In this document: in pieces, positions 46,916-60,257 of the stretch
Position numbering within the stretch: the stretch's first letter is position 1
Layout: every line of letters begins with the position of its first letter
DNA from: Podarcis vaucheri
Lineage: Eukaryota
Strand: one strand, 5' to 3'
DNA length: 64,000 bases
NCBI GenBank assembly: GCA_965113315.1
Contig: OZ220369.1
The notes under the pieces: model-generated
What the model saw: the letters and a program-made list of their open reading frames with translations, nothing else
The model's database searches: none
Told to the model about the DNA's origin: nothing
Position numbers and translations under genes: made by a program

Positions 46916-49900
46916 AAGCAGCTCTTTCCTTCTTTATTGGCTGCTCCTGCCTTGGTGGGAAGAAGCTGCCTTCCTTGTGTAACTGATTGGGGAGACATCC
47001 GAAAGAGTTAAATGTTTCTGAGCACTAGGAAATCATTAACGAAGGTTGATCCAGGAGAGGAGGGGGGGGGTTTCCTCTCTGGAGCTACGTGTCTGGCTGG
47101 GCTCACCCTGCCTGCACCTGAGTGATGATGGAGCCATAGGAGTCTTGCTGAGGACAGGCTCTGTCTCTGCTTCTGGTGTGCTTCGGTAGAAGCTCTTCTG
47201 CTGAGAGCAGCTCCTTCTGGAGGAAAAAGGGCGTGTTGGGGCAGCTCAGGATTGTCCGGGTCTGCTGTGCTGCCCCAGCATACTGCTGTCTTTGGGGAAC
47301 GAGGCTCCGTAAGGTGACTGGGGCTGGATCTCCCCTGTGCTCACCTTTCAAAGTGATGGGCGGCTCTGCTGCAATCTGGAGGTCATGTAAGGGGCCATGC
47401 TGGCTGGTTTTTCTCTGCACCTGGGAAGGTCAAAGGTGCCTCCTGAAGGGCTGCCTGAATTTATGTTCAGGGTTGAACCAGCCACTTTGGGAAATGACTT
47501 CAGTGTTCCTATTTGGCCATTGAATTTCATATGGAGGGTTCACAGTGTCCCTAAGAGGAATAGTGGCCAGGATTTCTTGCAGGGCCTGAAAAGCTTGGAG
47601 CGTCTGTGACCCTGGACAGCTCCTCAAGCTGGCCCTAGCCTCAGGCCCATGGCCCTTGGGGAGCCCCTCCTGGCTTCACCCAGTGCATGCCAAGGCCCGC
47701 TCTGAGACCCCTAGGTTATCTTTGGCTGGCAATTATTCAGGCTAGTGAGGCAGCCACAACATCCACCCCTTTCTCCCCCCGCAGTTTGACTCAGCAGCCT
47801 GGAATGTTCCTTCTCCAGCTCTCCTCCAGGGAACCATCACTCCTCCTTCCTCCCAGGAGACATCCTGGGTTCACAGGGATGGGGCATCTTTCATCCAAAG
47901 AAAGTTCCTCGTTGGGAGGTCCCCATCTGGCCCCAGAGGGTTTCCTGGTACAGCAAGGCTGTTGCTGCTCTGTTTTTCTCCCGGAAACGGGGGGCTGCTT
48001 TGGGGTTTTTCCAGCCAAGCCAGGAGCTGCAAGCATTGCCCTCTGCCCTGTTTCTATAGGCCATTCCACCCATCCATCAGTTTTGGAAGCTCCTAAGCCC
48101 CTGAGAGAGCCCCTTCATGAGAGATTTGGCGGTGGAAGTCCAAATAGCTCTCTGGGCTGCTCCCAGCCTTTATTGCCTGGTCCCCTGATGGCAATTGGGG
48201 CTCAGCCCTGCCTGGGATTTGGACTTGTTCCTGGCATTTTCCATGCTGTGCAACAGAGGGGCCTGCTGGATGCCCTGGGTGAGGCGTGCTCTTTCTCTCT
48301 GCGTGTGACATCAGACACACCCTTTAGTGTTTGTGCGCACATGTCTGCAGAACAGAGTTGAATCTCATGAAAACCCTTTTTGACTCTCACAGCAGCCCCT
48401 GGGAATCATAGCTGTGTGAGGGTGCTGGGAATGTTTTTACTCAATCTCCAGCCTCTCTGCAGAACTGGGTATCCCCAGAAGGAAAGTTTTAAGAGGCTTC
48501 AAAGAGATCCAAATCTGTACTTCTGAAAAAGAGAGGAAAAACCTCTGTATAGCTTGGAAAACCTTCATGCTGCTCTTGACAAAGTGTTTCTGGATGTTTG
48601 GACTGAGAGGTTCAAGGGACCTTTTTCATTGCATTGGTCCCTTGGGCTCCTTCACCCAACCCAGCACCCCTGCCCGGATACCGTTTCGGACCTGTGTCTT
48701 CTGCACCCATTTCTCAGCATGTCATGGGAAGGTTTGCAGTGAGAAATGGAGGCTTCTCCACTGCACAGAGGGTGCCTCTATGCAGCTTGAGTGTAATGTG
48801 TCGGCAGCTGTTTTTTGGGGACTCCATCCTTCTAAAGCTGCCCAGGAAAGAAAGTTTTCTGGCCTCCCAACTGGGTGGCTTAACCTTCTGGGGCTGCAGC
48901 ACCTCCTGCAAGCTCCACATTTATCTGCGGCGACTGATCCATCTCAGCACCTTCGCAGCCTGGCAGGTGGGTGTTGGTGGCATTAGCCCCCCCAGGACAC
49001 CCTCCCTGCCACTCTGCTTTCTAGCTACAGCCTTGAGCCAAGAGCAGTTGCTGCCTCCAGGTCTCTAATCTCTCTCCACCACCCCCACCACACACACACA
49101 CACACACTTTCATTGAATGTTTGGCATCTCCCAGACTAAAAATACAACTCCAGAATAGAGGCAGCTCTTGAAGAGGGGTCCCCCTTGTGCCCCATCACGT
49201 GGCCGCACAAAATGTCAGAGGCAGCTGACCCCCTCTGTCTTGGTGCGTTCCCAATTTAAGAGCCTGCCCTTTCCCACCTGCTGCTTTCACCATCCTCGGG
49301 AGATGCCTCCCTATTCTTTTTTGAGCCTGGATCGTGCAGGGGCAAAAAATAGACTGGAGGATTTTCACATCTGCCTTCCTTGTCAACCTTCAGGCCCCTC
49401 CTGCCAGCCCCGAGGTCTCTGCATGGTGTCTGGAGACATGAGGGGCCAAACTCCAGGAGAAATGGGTGGTGTGTGTGGGGGAGACCATCTCTGTTTGGTC
49501 TGATGTAGGGCTCAGGCACAGTTAGAGAGGCAAGGGACCCCATTCTTTGGCCCCCAGCTTTGTTTGTGATGTGTCACCTGCACCCCTCAGGCGCTGCTTG
49601 CTCACCTGCTGAGCTGCTGACATTGTCCACCTGGATGACCATTCTCTGGCGCAGCAACCTCCCCCTTGACAAATGCATCAGGACCCTTTTTCATGGGTTT
49701 CTTACAGTGCCTTTTGTTTTCAGATGGCCTGAATCTCATCACTTACTGGATATGAATGCCGTCTGCAGCAAAGGGCACTTGGGCATATTTTTCAGCGCTT
49801 GGAAAGATACATGAGTGGGACTTGATGCTTCCCCCATTGCCTGCTGCATATAACTTAAAAGCAACAAACCGTGGAAAACAAACATGTTCACAATTGGGAC

Positions 49901-49979
49901 TGTGCGCACATGCAGACATGCAGACATGCACGCACACACACACACGCACACACACCCTAGCTTGGCTTCCAGGGCACAT

Positions 49980-50325
49980 AGAAGGAAGTCCTCCTTCAAG
50001 CAGGGCGTAGTTAAAATTATGGAACTTGCTCCTGCAGGAGGCAATGATGGCCACCAACTTGCAAGGCTTTAAAAGAGGATTCGGCTGGTTCATGGAGGAG
50101 AAGGCCATCCATGGCTACTAGCCACAATGGCTACTCTCCCTTCACAGTTGGAGGCAGCCATGCTTCCAAATACCATTTGCTGGAAACCAAAGGAGCCCTG
50201 TGAGTTCTTGTGCTTACATCCTGCTTGCTGGTTTCCCACTGGGGCATCTAGTTGGCTACTGTGAGAGGAGGATGCTGGACTAGATGGGCCATTGGTCTGA
50301 TCCAGCAGCAGACTCCTCTTATGTT
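49980..50325 (+). mobile_element. CR1-type LINE 3' end
   Basis: Degenerate ORF2 end (GGCTTTAAAAGAGGATT...TTCATGGAGGAGAAGGCCATC) followed by the GATGCTGGACTAGATGGGCC...CTTATG tail. Confidence 0.75.
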
Positions 50326-53300
50326 TAGGTGAGAAGGCATTCAGAACGTGCATTTGGAGAGGGTGGGCCATGTTCCTTGTCCCTCCTTGTCTCCCTCCCC
50401 CCAAAACAATGGGCTTTGCCTTGTTTGTGTGCCAAAGGGGAAATCCAGGCCCCAGGGAGTCCTCCTGCCCAGCTGCATGGAGAGGAGAGCTTCTGCTTCT
50501 TCTGCTTCTGCTTTGGGCTGCTGCCTGCCGCCTCTCGCCTGCTGTGCGTGTGTGTGTGTGTCTCACTAGCACCACCCAAACCTCCTGCAGCAATGCTCTT
50601 AAGCAATCCTAGCGGAGAGCAGGACCTGGCAGCTGGAGGATGCTTACCTCACCCGACAAAAATGCTCTGTTACTCAGAAAATGAAAACTGTCTGAACTTT
50701 CTGGGCTGGGAGGAATTGCTGGTGGTATCTGTTTGAACCGCACCACAGCAGAGGTTACAGAGCCTCCGCAAAGGGGTAATTTCGTAGCTTCTCGAGCGCC
50801 GCGGAGACTGTGAGCCAGCGACTCCTTGGCTGGGAGTCCGAAGGGACCTCGGCTCATGCTTCAGCCTTCTGCTCGGAGAGGTGCTAGAGGAAACCCAGAA
50901 AATGACTCACCAACTGTCAGGAGTCTGTGCTTGACTCGGGTTGCCTCCCAAATACGGGAGCTCCTTTCCAGTTGGAGAGAAGTTGCTTCTGATAGCTGCG
51001 TGGGCCAGAGGAACAGCGAAGGTCAAGGCCTTCCAGTGGAAAGCAGACACCGCTATTATGAGCTTGACTGCCATTTGGATGTTGCCTGTGTCTGGGGTGT
51101 CATTGAGTGCTCTTGAGAAAAGGAGGGTTGAGTTGCCCAGGGGAAATACCATCCCCACTGGCAATGGGCCCCAACAGGGAATGCCTCCTTCCACAGTGCC
51201 CTTGTGACAAGGGCATGTCGAGGGGCTTGTGTGTGCTGTGAAAAGAGCTGGTGCCAGTGCTGTGTCCTCTTAACACCTGGTGCAAAAAGTAGGGCATCCA
51301 CTAGGGAGGAAGCAAGGAAGCCCTCTTTGAAGCCAGCGGGCGACGTGTTCTTTTCAGTTATTTTCATTTTTACAGGGCCTTCTGATTTGCCTAACCTTGG
51401 CAGGCCAGAAAAAAGTGCTTGTGTGCGCAGCAAATGGAAATTGTGACCAAACAGCTTAGCATGTAGGAAGACAAACGTCTTCCTTCCAGTGTTGCAAGCT
51501 GTGCCTGTGTGGGTGGGTTGGAGATGCCACTGCTCTGAGTGTGTGTTTCCTCTCAATTGAGCAAACAGTTGCTGGCTTGTCTCTCTGCAGGTGGGTGAGG
51601 CAAAGCGACTCACCTCCAGCCTCTTCGACCCACCTGGCCTGTGAGGCCCCTGTGCAGAATGTAGGCCCTTTGGTTCATGGCACTGCAGGGTGGGGGGCCC
51701 CTTATAGGCTCTTGGATCATGCCCACCACACTCCTGTAGCTTTTCCTGTGGGTGTGTGGTGGAATTTTTACCTTACCTGCCTGTTGCTAGCAATTGTTTC
51801 CGCCACCCCTTTCACAGTATCTGCCTCCATCAGTTGCACACCCTACCCAAAATGTCACACATGGAGCTTGGGTGGAAGATTCTGTGTTGCATGTGTCAGC
51901 CTTCCTTTTCCACCAAGATTAACCTGCCTGTAAGCAAACGTTCCCTTTTCCAGTGGAAGAAGGCCTCCATGAGGTAGTGATGGCCACCTGCTGCTGACCT
52001 GGATGGCTTTAAAAGAGAATTGGACAAGTTCATGGAGGGTGATCAGGCTCACGATGGCTAGGGTCAGGGCCTGCCCGCCATCGCCACCACCAGAGAAGTG
52101 AGGAGAAGTGGTGGCGGCTTTCTGTAAGATCTTACAGAGATCATGTGGGATCTCGCCAGAAGCTGCCGCTACACGATCCCAGTAAGCAGGGCTTTGGTGG
52201 AAGGGTTGCACCTTCTTGTTTCCCCTCATGTGGGAAGATGGAACAGGTTGCTGCAGGCCATGGTCTTAACCTGCCCTGCCAGAGGTAGGAGGCCTTTGAG
52301 TACCATGGGCTGCTTGGACTAGCAGGTGGGGATAGCCCTGCCATTGACCTGCTTGGTGGCTTTCCAGAAGAGAGGCATCTGTCTGGCCCCTGTGAGAACA
52401 GAGTGCTGGACTAGACAGGCCCCCTTTGGCCTGATCCAGCAGCCAGGCTCTTTATGTGTTCAGTGGTCCTCAGTTCAAGAAACCCTTGCCCATTTTAGGG
52501 GCACAAGATCCCATCCGGCTCTGTAACTTGGCAGAAATCCTCACAGGGTTTTGAAAAAGCCAGGGAGGAAGCCGGGCCTGTTTGACTAATGCAGACGAGA
52601 AACCCCAAAGGGGGCCAAGCTGATAAGGTGGATGCTTTGGGGTGTCAGGTGTGCAAAAGTAGCTTTTCCCCTCTCGTGCCTCGGCTGGGGAAGGCAAACT
52701 CTGGATCATCTTTTTAAGGCAGTGAGGGCCAGCCACTGGGTGGCTTGTCTTTTCTGGAAGCCTTCCTCATGGAGGGATCTTGTCTTTTCTAGGCTATTTC
52801 CACCAGTTTCTGGACTTTCTGATCTCTCCTCCTAAAAAAGCAGAGGGAATTCCCTCAGCCTTGACCCTTCAGGCTGAGAAAAGCCAGACGTTTGCTCTCT
52901 GCAGTCTTGTCCAGTTGGTTTTGTGGGCAAGAGCCTGCTGTTTTCCACAGGCAGCAAATGGATGGACTCAAGGCGGCCAGGTGTCCCATAGCACCTCCAG
53001 ACATCTCCCAAGAGGATGGAATGTTTTGCTTCAAATTGGCATCTCGGAGCAAGCAACGGTTTGTTGTGGCACCAAAAAGTCGAAGTGCCTGTTGTTGAAA
53101 GAACACTCTGCTCCCAGCTCCAAGATCCCTTAATACCACCTGGTGCCCTGGCCAGCAGAGCCTGGAGCTGTGAGCCGCTTTCCTTCTACAGGCTGCTCAG
53201 AGGAAGGAGTTGGCAAGGAAGGAGCCCTGGTCCCCATGGGGAGATTTTGCAATGGCAGAGACGGATTTGCAGTTAGCTCCGGCTTGTGCTGGGACTGTAA

Positions 53301-54859
53301 TTGATACCAGATGATGTGTGCGCGCGCGCCCACTCTCACCAGGTCTGGAAAATCTCAGCTGTGCAGATGGAAATTCAATCCACCTCTGCTCTGATGGGGG
53401 AAGAGGAAAAGGTGCTCCGTGTTCCCCTCCTGCCTGCAGCGTCACCCGCCCCCCAAGTCACACTCTTGGAGACCCCTTTCCCATCCCCAAAGGGCTGCCA
53501 TTTGCATCCCTGCCCACGGCAGATGGCCTGGATTCCTATGCCTGCATGAGGGATGGTAAACTGAGTTACTTCCTGCTCATTAGGGTCTGGTGCTATTCCA
53601 GATTTTGAAGGGCTTGCCTGGGGGGGTGGGGGCAGGGGGAGGACTATGGTTGTCTAATAGCCTGGAAAACGGATCAGGATTGGTCTCGGCTGCACACTCT
53701 CTCCCCCTCCCTGCCATGGCTTCCCTTGAACTCTCACTGCTGCGATATCGGGCGCAAGAGGACAAATGTGGGAAAGCTGGCTGTGCTGCAGCCCAAGAGC
53801 TGCCACTGTGCCTTCACTTTTGGATACCTGATTTATGTCCCTCCCGCTGGAAATAACTCCCTCCTAAGCTGCAGCTCTCCAAACAAAGAGCCACAGCGAG
53901 AGGGACTGTTTTGACCAAATTTGGAGAAAACTTTCCTTGAGTCGTTGAGCAATATCAGCCTGTTGCCTCTGCCGGCCCCCCTCTTCTGCCACCAGGGAAA
54001 CTCTGCTGCTCCTACAGCAGCAGCAGCAGCAGCAGGACGCCGCCCTGTCCTGGGGGAGATCCTCAAAGATGGAAGCTCAGCAAGGGACAGTTGTGGCACT
54101 CAATTCCCCTTTGGGTGCTTAGTAAACGCAGCAGAGCCCTTGCTAGAGAGACCTGCCTACTGGGGGAGCACCCAACCGCTGGTGTCTCCCCCTTTGTGCA
54201 AGGCTGAGACAGGGTGGCTCTGTTTCCCTGGGAGGGCTCTGTTGCTTTGTGGGCAGAAGGCTTCAGAACCCTGAGAAGCCCCCGTTTCTGTGTTGTGCCT
54301 TCTGTAAAATGCCTTGCAGCCTGTCCTGTTCTCCCCCTTGTCCTGAAAGGCCACTTCCCACAATGCCTCTTGCTTCTTGGGTGGCCATACGCAAGTCCTG
54401 CAGGAATTCTGAACCCTGGAGCTCAGCTGACCTTCAGGGGTTTCCGAAGCAAAGGTGTCCAGCTGATACAAGCCGGAGTGTGGGCCTTGGTTGTGCAGAT
54501 CGCCTTGGGGTAGCACTGGCAACTCTCTTAGGTGAGCAAGAGGAGACAGACGGGGCTCTTCTAAAATCAGAAAGGAAGGTAGATCAGTGGTGTTGCCTGG
54601 GCTGGGCTTAATGTTGCCTTGGCAGTTACAGAGAGAGAGTTTCAGCTGGCAAAGGGACTGGCCGCCTCTGGCACAGAATTGCTCCTCCTGTATCCCGTAT
54701 CCAGGAAGTCAATTCTCTTCCTCCTCCCCATTCTTTGAAAATTGTGGCTGGCTTTGGGGCAGGGCCCCAGGGCAAGAAGCTTCCTAAAGCAGCATGTCAG
54801 AATTTGTGCTCTTTGGCTTTTATGTATGGCCAGGAGTGCATTTGTTTGAAAAAGAAAAG

Positions 54860-55400
54860 TTACTGTTTTTCATTTTTCATTTTCAGACAGATACCATAAA
54901 GACAGAAAGATAACCAATAACAGGAAAGCATACAAATCTCCCTGCAAAGGGGGTGGGGGTGGGGCTCGGATAAAGAGATATAAATGCATAGGTCTGACAA
55001 TTTCTCTAAAGGAAAGTTAGTGCAAAATCATATGCTATAAAAAAGCTATTTTGCATTAATTAATACATCTAATAAAAACACTTTAGTAAGCTTGTCTGAT
55101 TTTGAGAGGCCTTTTAGTACCCTGAGCTTTTGCATTAATTAATTTCTCGATCATTGCTGCTAGAGGCCCTTAATTACAATACCAATAATACTCCAGCGAT
55201 GATAATACACCCCTTTTGGTCTTCCCTGAGCTTTGCCAGAGCCAGGCGGCTGCCATCAGAAGACAGTTCATGAAAGCTTTGCTCAGATTTTGGTTTGTGA
55301 AGAGGTTCACGTGAGTCAATGGCAGGGTCCTGTTTGTGGGGAGGTGTGTAATTTTTCTCCAAAAAACAGGTTCCAAAACGGCCGAGGCTGCAGGCAGAAC
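54860..55400 (-). mobile_element. Degraded L1/Tx1-like LINE 3' fragment
   Basis: AT-rich; frameshifted AARLALAKLW-like ORF2 C-terminal motif. Confidence 0.4.
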
Positions 55401-56717
55401 CACCACCTAAAGCAGTAATTGCCAGGTTCTGTGCAGTCCTTCCGACATAAAGACGTTAGGGCAAATTTGAGACAACCTCCCAGGAGTCATGTCCCATCTA
55501 TGCACACAAGCTTCAGCGTGGCTTCTCTGACCTGGGTTGATACATGCCAGGTATTATTGCAGGAAGGGAATAGTCACCCAGCTTGCCGTGATCAAAGCCT
55601 TGCATTGTTCTCTTGCCCTGTTCTGGGCTGTTTCCACTCTAAGAAGGGAAGCATTTTACTTCTAAGAACATGCGCAGAATCTCTGGCTGGAACCTGCTTT
55701 TCCCACCACTGGTCTAGCCATGTCATGAAGAGCTTCACCTGGTGAATTTCTGCATGTCAGGCGGCCATTAAGAGGCGCAGCTAATAGAACCATTTTTTTT
55801 TGTAAACAGCTTTGAGGTTTTTCTAAAATCAAGTGGCAGAAGCGGTCTTGAGAAATTTGAGAGCCCAAAGTTCTTCACTGCAAGCAGTATATAATTTTTT
55901 TACCAAACAAATAGAATAAAACTGAAAGGAGAAGTTGAGGATCCAAGATTGCAGTCTACTTTTACTGGAGAGCAAGTCCTGCTGCATTCATGAGCGTGCA
56001 GCATTGGATTGGGCCAGATGTGGTCAAGTAACCCTTTCCCCGAAGATAATACTTGCTGGCTTCTCTACAAGAATGATAGACTGTCACTACATAGAATCAT
56101 CTGTTGCAAGTACTAACACAATCATGCGTATTTTACTCAAAAAGTAAACACCACTTACTCTCACATAGGATTGCACCACCAACCATTGTGTGCCCTGCCC
56201 TCTACCCCGTCCCACACCCCGAAGGGAGCTCAGGCAGGGACTCCCATTTCAAAGCAGCATTGCAGGGGGGCGGTGAGATTTGCCTCCTCCTCCTCCTCCC
56301 CTTTGTCTTTGGTTTGTTTCGAAAGGATTGAAATGTTGGAATTTCCTGGAGGCCAGGACTATGGCTCACCCTCCTCTGGTTCCAGGCCAGCTAGTCCAGG
56401 CATGCGGCAGGAGCTCCAATCTGGAGAGCAGCAGATGCCTGCCTTCCAAAGGTTCCTTGACCTCTTTGCTAGCACAGGGAACAAGCAGGAAGGGGCTGCA
56501 GGTTGCGGGGCTGGGGGAATGCAGTGATTCCTCGGAAGGGGACTTTGCTCCTCTTCGCCAGGAGGGTTAGCAGAGCCCCCCCCCCACTGCAAAAAGCTGG
56601 AGAGGCAACCTCGGTTCTCCTAAGCGCCTGATCTGCAGCGTATCAACCCAGGGCTCCTGGAACGTTTGCTGCTTCCAGAAAGGGGCAGCTATAAGCGAGC
56701 CCTAAATTACAGATTTT

Positions 56718-56742
56718 GGTGTGTGTGTGGGTGTGGGTGTGG

Positions 56743-56785
<43 letters not shown>
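56718..56785. repeat. Compound (GT)n/(GA)n microsatellite
   Basis: Directly visible. Confidence 0.95.
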
Positions 56786-56787
<2 letters not shown>

Positions 56788-57238
56788 GACTGGATCTGTG
56801 AAGCCAGAGTGGGACTTGGCACTCTCCTTTGCTACAGGGTTGAGTGGCTTCCCCATCCCTCCCCACCAGCTGAACACATGCTCAGGAACAGCCTTGGCTC
56901 AGCTTTCTGTCACTGCCAACTGGGACTTAACCCTTGTCAGGGTTAGGAGCTGCTGAGGGAGGTGTGTGGAGCTGCACTGGAAATTTGGGTGCATGCAATT
57001 CAGTACTTTTGGCATTGTCCTTTCTACCAGCACCCCAAAGCAACAAGGGTTTGGAAGAAACGAGTTGAGTCTCTCTCGGTCTTGCCTGCAAGCGTTTGGG
57101 TGACCTTGCTAGTCTGCCAGCCAGCAAGGCAACAGTCCTCTCCTACCCCCCCTCTTTTCTGCCTGGGCAAGGAGGCTAACAGCCGCTCTCTTCCCTCTTC
57201 CCCCAGGACCCTTGTGCAGAGTCCCAGCCCACAGCAGG

Positions 57239-60200
57239 ATGACTGAAGGCTTTGACTGCGCCAGCTGCAAGGAGTCCCTCTACGGGCGCAAATACATCCA
57301 GGTGGACGAGGGGCCCTTCTGCATCCCCTGCTATGATACCCACTTTGCCAACACCTGTGATGAGTGCAAGGAGCCCATCGGGCACGACTGCAGGGTAAGG
57401 GGGCAAGGCGGGGGGACCCTGGGGGGCGGTGGCTGCTCCTTGTCTTCCTAGTGCCTTTGGCCCAGGCATGAGCTGGGATCCTCCAAGCACAGGGGATTTT
57501 TGCAGTGCCCCTCCTGTATGTCAGGCACCTTTAGAAGTAACAACCAGTCCCATTGATGAAGCTGATCTTCCTCCCCTTTCCAAGCATGTGCTAAATGGAT
57601 CCAGCAGGCAGCACCCCTAAGGGGAATGGGGTGTGTGTCCCCTCTTGGTAGGACCTTCTGGCAACTAAAGCAAGTTCTCTAGCTCATGAGTAAGGGGGGG
57701 GAGGTGTCTGTGCAGCCTCCTGAAAGGGACCAGCTGTGATACAAGGAAAGGACAGGCTAGGAAAGGAGGACCTTTTGCTCGGTGGAAAATGAGATGACCT
57801 TCCACCCCCCCACCCCCGCTTGCTAGCCAGCAAGGTGAGCTGAACAAGACCTCCGTGGGGAAAGGAAATGGCTCTCTTTGACTGCCAGGCAGCATGGGAA
57901 AGGGGGGCCACTGCCTCTGCCCTGCTTAGGGCTTCCCATTGGGGCATCTTGAGAAGATGCTGCTGGGGCAGGTAGACCCACTTTGGCCTGACTGCACCCC
58001 CAAAATGGGAGGAAATGGGCCCACGCTTAGGGCTGCTTCTGTACTTGCTCACCGGTGACCTTTGGGGAATCATAGAATTGGGAGGGACCCCAGGGCGCAT
58101 CTAGTCCAGCCCCCTGTGATGCAGCAGCGCTTTGCTTCTTGGCCCCCTAGAGCCTCTTCCACAGAAAGATAGGTAAGAGTGGGCTCCAAATTCCTCCTCC
58201 TCAAAGGTGTGCGTTTGCCTCTTCCCTCCACCCCATGAGTATAGCATAAGGCCATTGTTTTCTCAGACAAGCCCCCACCCGCTGCCTCTCACTGCGACTG
58301 CCCCCTGACCTCTCCTCTCCTCCGTTCCAACTCCAGGAGCTCTACTACGAGGACCGGCATTACCACGAGGGCTGCTTCCGCTGCTTCCGGTGCGACCGCT
58401 CCCTAGCCGACGAGCCCTTCACCTGCCAGGGCCAGGAGCTGCTCTGCAACGACTGCTATTGCCGGGAGTTCTCCTCCCAGTGTGTGGCCTGCCAGCAGGT
58501 GGTCATGCCAGGTGGGCTGCTTTGCCCCTTCCCCCCATGGCCACGAGGGAGGGGGGCAAGGGGAGCCACCTCTGTAGCCAGGGTCACCACGGCTAGCATG
58601 GGTTCCCTAGAATCATAGTGCTGTTGATTTGGGGGTACCCCAGAGGTCATCCATTCCAACCCCCTGCGATGCCCCACCACAGGCTCCCGGAAGCTGGAGT
58701 ACAACGGCCAGACGTGGCACGAGCACTGCTTCCTCTGCAGCGGCTGCCAGCAGCCCATCGGGGCTCGCTCCTTCATCCCTGAGCAGAAGGACTACTACTG
58801 CGTCCCGTGCTACGAGAGCAAGTTCGCCCCCCGCTGCACCCACTGCAAGAAGGTGGGGCCCCGCCTGCTTTTTTAATTGGTGTGCGGGGGGAGGGGGACA
58901 GCTGGGCAGGGGGCATCTCAGACCCTGCAGGCTTGGGTTGGGTGGGTGGACAGGGGGCTCTGTGCATATTACTCCTGTTCTTTCGCCTGTGCAGTCAGAG
59001 GCAGCAATGCTTCTGGATATCAGTAGCTGGAAGAGAGAGTGCTGCTCTCAGGCTCGAATTCTGCTTGCCGGTTTCCCATTGGAGCAGGGGCAGATCTACT
59101 ATGAAACGAATTAAGCTGAAGCTTCACGGCCCCTAATACCAGAGGGACCCCAGAAGCAATTTAGTCCACATTGCTTAACAATTTTGGGTCTAGTAGACCC
59201 AACTGGAGTGGCACAATGCAAATTGGGGTGAGCTCCCGTTGCTTGGTCCCTGCTCCTGCCAACATAGCAGTTCGAAAGAACATCAAAGTGCAAGTAGATA
59301 AATAGGCACTGCTCAGGCGGGAAGGTAAACGGCATTTCCGTGTGCTGCTCTGGTTCGCCAGAAGCAGCTTAGTCATGCTGGCCACATGACCTGGAAGCAG
59401 TCTGTGGACAAAAGCTGGCTCCCTCGGCCAAGAAAGCAAGATGAGTGCCACAACCCCAGAATCAGTCATGACAGGACCTATTGGTCAGGGGTCCCTTTAC
59501 CTTTACCTATATTTCAACAATCCCAAAGTTTGACAATCAGCAGCACAGACATTGTAAAGGTGTTGGGTCAACCCTATTGAAGAAGCTAACAGTTGTGACC
59601 CAAACTTCATTACTGGTTGCATAGGAGCCCCCATGACAGTTCCAGCTTCAAAATGTAGTTGTTGTTTTCCTGCCATTGCACTGAAGGCATCCGACTGGCC
59701 AGTGTGAGGGCAAAATGCTAGACTGGAGGGGCAACCCTTGGCCCAATCCAGCACCCAGACTCTTCTTCTGTTCTCCTGCTCAGTCGCTGACCAAGGGAGG
59801 CGTGACCTACCGGGACGAGCCCTGGCACAAGGAGTGCTTCGTCTGCACGAGCTGCCAGACCCCCCTGGCCGGGCAGCAGTTCACCTCTCAGGAAGACCAG
59901 CCCTACTGTGTCAAGTGCTTTGGGAGCCTCTACGCCAAGAAGTGCAGTGCCTGCACCAAGCCCATCACAGGTGAGATTGGGAGGTGGGTGGAGACACGGA
60001 GGCCTTTTGCGGTCCCTGAGGATAGGGGCCAGGGAGGGGTGCCCTGTTGCAAGTCCCAGCTGTGCCCACATCCCACTCTCCATCCTCCTCTCTTTCTCCC
60101 CCCAGGCTTTGGAGGGGGCAAATATGTCTCCTTTGAGGACCGCCACTGGCACCACAACTGCTTCAGCTGCTCCCGCTGTGCCGCCTCCCTCGTGGGCAAG

Positions 60201-60257
60201 GGCTTCATCCCGGAGAACGAGGAGATCCTCTGCCGCGACTGCGCTAGCGACCTCTGA
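57239..60257 (+). CDS. FHL3: Four and a half LIM domains protein 3, complete, 5 coding exons, 279 aa
   Basis: Exons 57239-57394, 58337-58511, 58683-58852, 59784-59970 and 60106-60257 total 840 nt. Starts MTEGFDCASCKESLYGRKY (half LIM) and continues through four LIM domains to ILCRDCASDL*. Position next to SF3A3 and INPP5B supports FHL3 over its paralogues. Confidence 0.95.
59221..59508 (+). mobile_element. Sauria SINE (5'-truncated) in FHL3 intron
   Basis: GGGAAGGTAAACGGC...TGCTGGCCACATGACC core and (ACCTTT)n tail. Confidence 0.8.

Noticed and set aside
55049-55143. Two exact copies of TTTTGCATTAATTAAT resembling POU/homeodomain sites
   Set aside because: They lie in an AT-rich, probable LINE remnant; nothing supports function.
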